Source of the DNA: Mycolicibacterium smegmatis
Lineage (GTDB): Bacteria; Actinomycetota; Actinomycetes; Mycobacteriales; Mycobacteriaceae
Length of the DNA: 32,000 bases
Assembly: GCF_001457595.1 (NCBI RefSeq)
Contig: NZ_LN831039.1
Coordinates: 3,300,001 to 3,332,000, forward strand
Direction of reading: 5' to 3'
Shown here: in pieces, positions 29,083 through 32,000 of the stretch
Layout of the letters: each line of letters opens with the position of its first letter
Position numbering within the stretch: position 1 is the first letter of the stretch
Translations under genes and position numbers: made by a program
The notes under the pieces: model-generated
The model's input: only the letters and a program-made list of their open reading frames with translations
The model's database searches: none
Told to the model about the DNA's origin: nothing

Positions 29083-30380
29083 TGGCCGACCTGACCCCGG
29101 CGCAGATCAGTGCCGTCGACGCCGCACACATCTGGCATCCCTACAGCAAGATCGGTGCGGACGCGTTCCCGCCGGTCGTGGCGGTCGGCGCCAAGGGCGC
29201 CTGGCTCACCGTGATCGACCCGTCCGACGGTGCGCGCATCGACGTCCTCGACGCGATGGCGTCGTGGTGGACCGCCGTGCACGGGCACGGTCATCCGGTA
29301 CTCGACGCCGCGATCAGCAGGCAGTTGTCGACCATGAACCACGTCATGTTCGGCGGCCTGACGCACGAGCCCGCGGCGCGGTTGGCCCAGCTGCTCGTCG
29401 AGCTGACCCCCGACGGTCTGGACACGGTGTTCTTCAGCGACTCCGGGTCGGTGTCGGTGGAGGTCGCGGTGAAGATGGCGCTGCAGTACTGGCGCAGCCT
29501 GGGCCGCGGCGCCAAGCACCGGTTGATGACGTGGCGCGGCGGCTATCACGGCGACACGTTCACGCCGATGAGCGTGTGCGACCCGGACGGCGGCATGCAC
29601 TCGCTGTGGACCGATGTTCTTGCGGCGCAGGAGTTCGCGGAGGCCGTGCCGCGCGAGTACGACCCGGCCTACAGCGCGGCGTTCGAGAAGCAGCTCGCCG
29701 CCAACGCCGGCTCCCTGGCCGCGGTGATCGTCGAACCCGTCGTCCAGGGCGCGGGCGGCATGCGCTTCCACGATCCGCGGTACCTGGCGGATCTGCGCGC
29801 GATCTGCGACCGCCACGACGTGCTGCTCATCTTCGACGAGATCGCGACCGGTTTCGGCCGCACGGGAAAGCTGTTCGCCGCCGAGCACGCCGGCGTGAGC
29901 CCCGACATCATGTGTGTCGGCAAGGCGCTCACGGGCGGCTACATCACGCTGGCCGCGACGTTGTGCACCGCGCGGGTCGCGCAGACCATCAGCTCGGGCG
30001 AGCCGGGGGCGCTCATGCACGGCCCGACGTTCATGGCCAACGCCCTGGCGTGCGCGGTGGGGGTCGCGGCCGTGGAGCTGCTGATCGACAGCGACTGGCC
30101 CGCGCGGGTCGCCGCGATCGAGGAGGGATTGCGCAGCGGACTGGAGCCCGCGCGTGCCCTACCCGGCGTCGCCGACGTGCGGGTTCTCGGTGCGATCGGC
30201 GTGATCGAGATGCGCGAGCCCGTGGACATGCCGCTGGCCACGACCACGGCGCTCGCGCACGGGGTGTGGCTGCGGCCGTTCGGCAAGCTCATCTACGCCA
30301 TGCCGCCGTTCATCTGCACGCCCGAGGAGGTCGCACAGATCACCGCGGGCATGGTCGGCGTCGCGCGTGCATTAACCTGA
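29082..30380 (+). CDS. bioA: Adenosylmethionine-8-amino-7-oxononanoate aminotransferase
   Basis: [68 protein letters not shown]; GTG 29082 gives an N-terminus matching M. tuberculosis BioA better than 29040. Confidence 0.95.
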   Translation: MADLTPAQISAVDAAHIWHPYSKIGADAFPPVVAVGAKGAWLTVIDPSDGARIDVLDAMASWWTAVHGHGHPVLDAAISRQLSTMNHVMFGGLTHEPAARLAQLLVELTPDGLDTVFFSDSGSVSVEVAVKMALQYWRSLGRGAKHRLMTWRGGYHGDTFTPMSVCDPDGGMHSLWTDVLAAQEFAEAVPREYDPAYSAAFEKQLAANAGSLAAVIVEPVVQGAGGMRFHDPRYLADLRAICDRHDVLLIFDEIATGFGRTGKLFAAEHAGVSPDIMCVGKALTGGYITLAATLCTARVAQTISSGEPGALMHGPTFMANALACAVGVAAVELLIDSDWPARVAAIEEGLRSGLEPARALPGVADVRVLGAIGVIEMREPVDMPLATTTALAHGVWLRPFGKLIYAMPPFICTPEEVAQITAGMVGVARALT

Positions 30381-30390
30381 ACGGTGTTCA
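30378..30390. promoter_or_regulatory. BioQ-like operator
   Basis: Perfect palindrome TGAAC-GGT-GTTCA, overlapping the bioA stop codon and upstream of bioF. Confidence 0.6.
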
Positions 30391-30459
30391 ATTCGGCGGC
30401 TCGTCGCCGGTGTTCAATTCGGCGGCTCGCCGCCGTGTTCAATTGGCGGCTCGCCGCCG
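30385..30459 (+). repeat. Three tandem repeats of 26, 25 and 24 nt in the bioA-bioF intergenic region
   Basis: TGTTCAATTCGGCGGCTCGTCGCCGG (30385-30410), TGTTCAATTCGGCGGCTCGCCGCCG (30411-30435), TGTTCAATTGGCGGCTCGCCGCCG (30436-30459). Confidence 0.95.
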
Positions 30460-30484
30460 ACGACAACACCTCTAGGGAGAGCTC

Positions 30485-31633
30485 GTGACGCGCGCAGGTC
30501 TTTCACCGTTGGCCTGGCTGGCCGACATCGAACAACGTCGCCGCGCCGAGGGCCTGCGCCGTGAACTGCGGGTCCGTCCGCCCGTCGCCGCCGAACTGGA
30601 CCTGGCGTCCAACGACTATCTGGGCCTGTCGCAGCACCCCGACGTGCTCGACGGCGGCGTCGAGGCATTGCGCACCTGGGGAGGCGGCGCCGGAGGATCA
30701 CGCCTGGTCACAGGGAACACCGAGCTGCACGAGGCGTTCGAGCACCAGCTTGCGTCGTTCCTCGGCGCCGAATCGGCCCTGGTCTTTTCGTCGGGCTACA
30801 CCGCCAACCTCGGTGCGCTGGTGGCACTGTCCGGGCCGGGATCGCTGATCGTCTCCGACGCGCTGTCGCACGCGTCCCTCGTCGACGCGTGCCGGCTGTC
30901 GCGGGCCCGGGTGGTCGTCTCGCCGCACCGCGACGTCGACGCGGTCGACGCGGCGCTGGCCGCGCGCACCGAGGAGCGCGCCGTCGTCGTGACGGAGTCG
31001 GTGTTCAGCGCCGACGGTGATCTGGCCCCGCTGCGCGACCTGCACGCGGTGTGCCGCCGCCACGGCGCGCTGTTGCTCGTCGACGAGGCACACGGTCTCG
31101 GGGTGCGCGGCACGCGCGGTCAGGGCCTGCTGCACGAGGTCGGCCTGGCGGGTGCACCCGACATCGTGATGACCACGACGCTGTCGAAAGCACTGGGCAG
31201 CCAGGGCGGTGCGGTCCTGGGCCCCGAGGCCGTGCGCGCGCACCTCATCGACACCGCGCGCTCGTTCATCTTCGACACCGGCCTGGCGCCGGCCGCCGTC
31301 GGCGCCGCATCGGCCGCGCTGCGGGTGCTCGACGCCGAACCGCAGCGTGCCCGCGCGGTACTCGACCGCGCGGCCGAACTGGCCACGATCGCAGGCGTCA
31401 CCGAAGCGCCCGTCTCCGCGGTGGTGTCGGTGATCCTCGGCGATCCGGAGATCGCGGTGGGCGCCGCGGCGGCCTGCCTCGACCGCGGTGTGCGCGTGGG
31501 CTGCTTCCGCCCGCCCACGGTTCCCGCGGGCACCTCGCGGCTGCGCCTGGCCGCCAGGGCCTCGTTGACCGACGACGAGATGGCACTGGCCCATCAGGTG
31601 CTGACCGACGTGCTCGCCACCGCGCGGGCATGA
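30485..31633 (+). CDS. bioF: 8-amino-7-oxononanoate synthase
   Basis: [63 protein letters not shown]; GTG start with AGGGAGAG upstream. Confidence 0.96.
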   Translation: MTRAGLSPLAWLADIEQRRRAEGLRRELRVRPPVAAELDLASNDYLGLSQHPDVLDGGVEALRTWGGGAGGSRLVTGNTELHEAFEHQLASFLGAESALVFSSGYTANLGALVALSGPGSLIVSDALSHASLVDACRLSRARVVVSPHRDVDAVDAALAARTEERAVVVTESVFSADGDLAPLRDLHAVCRRHGALLLVDEAHGLGVRGTRGQGLLHEVGLAGAPDIVMTTTLSKALGSQGGAVLGPEAVRAHLIDTARSFIFDTGLAPAAVGAASAALRVLDAEPQRARAVLDRAAELATIAGVTEAPVSAVVSVILGDPEIAVGAAAACLDRGVRVGCFRPPTVPAGTSRLRLAARASLTDDEMALAHQVLTDVLATARA

Positions 31634-32000
31634 CCGTCCTCGCGGTCACCGGCACCGACACCGGTGTCGGCAAGACAGTGACGACGGCCGCGCTGGCCTG
31701 CGCAGCGCGGTTGGCCCGCCGCGACGTCGCGGTGTGCAAGCCCGTGCAGACCGGGACCATCGACGGCGACGACGATCTGGGCGAGGTGCGCCGCCTGTCG
31801 GGGGTCACCGCGCTGCACGGCGGCTGGCGTTACCCCGAGCCCCTGGCACCGGTCGCCGCTGCGGGGCGCGCCGGTGCGCCGCTGCCCACCCGCACCGAAC
31901 TCGTCGGCTCCGTGCGCGCGGTCGACGCCGCCGGGCGTCTGACCATCGTCGAAGGCGCGGGCGGTCTGCTGGTCGCCCTCGGCGCCGACGGCGTCACGCT
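31630..32000 (+). CDS. bioD: Dethiobiotin synthetase, truncated by window end
   Basis: [42 protein letters not shown]; ATGA overlap with bioF; no stop before window end, so absent from the supplied ORF track. Confidence 0.94.
   Translation, partial: MTVLAVTGTDTGVGKTVTTAALACAARLARRDVAVCKPVQTGTIDGDDDLGEVRRLSGVTALHGGWRYPEPLAPVAAAGRAGAPLPTRTELVGSVRAVDAAGRLTIVEGAGGLLVALGADGVT

Noticed and set aside
30361-30484. CRISPR-like array
   Set aside because: The three units are directly adjacent with no unique spacers, and there are no cas genes nearby.
1-32000. Mobile element, prophage, toxin-antitoxin or defence island
   Set aside because: No transposase, integrase, phage structural genes, att-like repeats or recognised defence domains found; most gene order matches the conserved mycobacterial backbone.

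Overview
32 kb, high-GC, gene-dense chromosomal window from a fast-growing mycobacterium. Gene order and protein sequences look like Mycolicibacterium smegmatis around ileS-dinX-ansA-lspA-dnaE1-ilvA-treZYX-bioAFD (recognised from memory; no search was run). Most of it is conserved housekeeping content: 3' end of meaB, a DUF4333-like lipoprotein, LipL-like serine hydrolase, ileS with a translational T-box leader, S4 protein, DinX/Pol IV, asparaginase, lspA, an RluD-family pseudouridine synthase, a RarD-like EamA transporter, TetR regulator, dnaE1, ilvA, treZ/treY/treX, a SucT-like acyltransferase, bioA, bioF and the start of bioD. No mobile element, CRISPR array, rRNA or tRNA was recognised. 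Points worth a second look: (1) an accessory-looking block at about 2.0-3.9 kb with a 7-TM membrane protein, a small HTH regulator and a divergent orphan condensation-domain-like protein without a visible HHxxxDG motif; (2) a MerR regulator with a C-terminal CxC-x5-CxC cluster next to a perfect 8+8 bp dyad placed between candidate promoter elements of a divergent F420/PPOX oxidoreductase; (3) a perfect BioQ-like palindrome containing the bioA stop codon, followed by three tandem 24-26 nt hairpin-forming repeats before bioF; (4) two mutually exclusive pairings in the ileS leader; (5) several promoters whose -10 spacing predicts leaderless starts; (6) hairpins overlapping the stop codons of convergent genes. 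No previously undescribed multi-gene defence-type system can be demonstrated; item (1) is the only candidate for an uncharacterised module.
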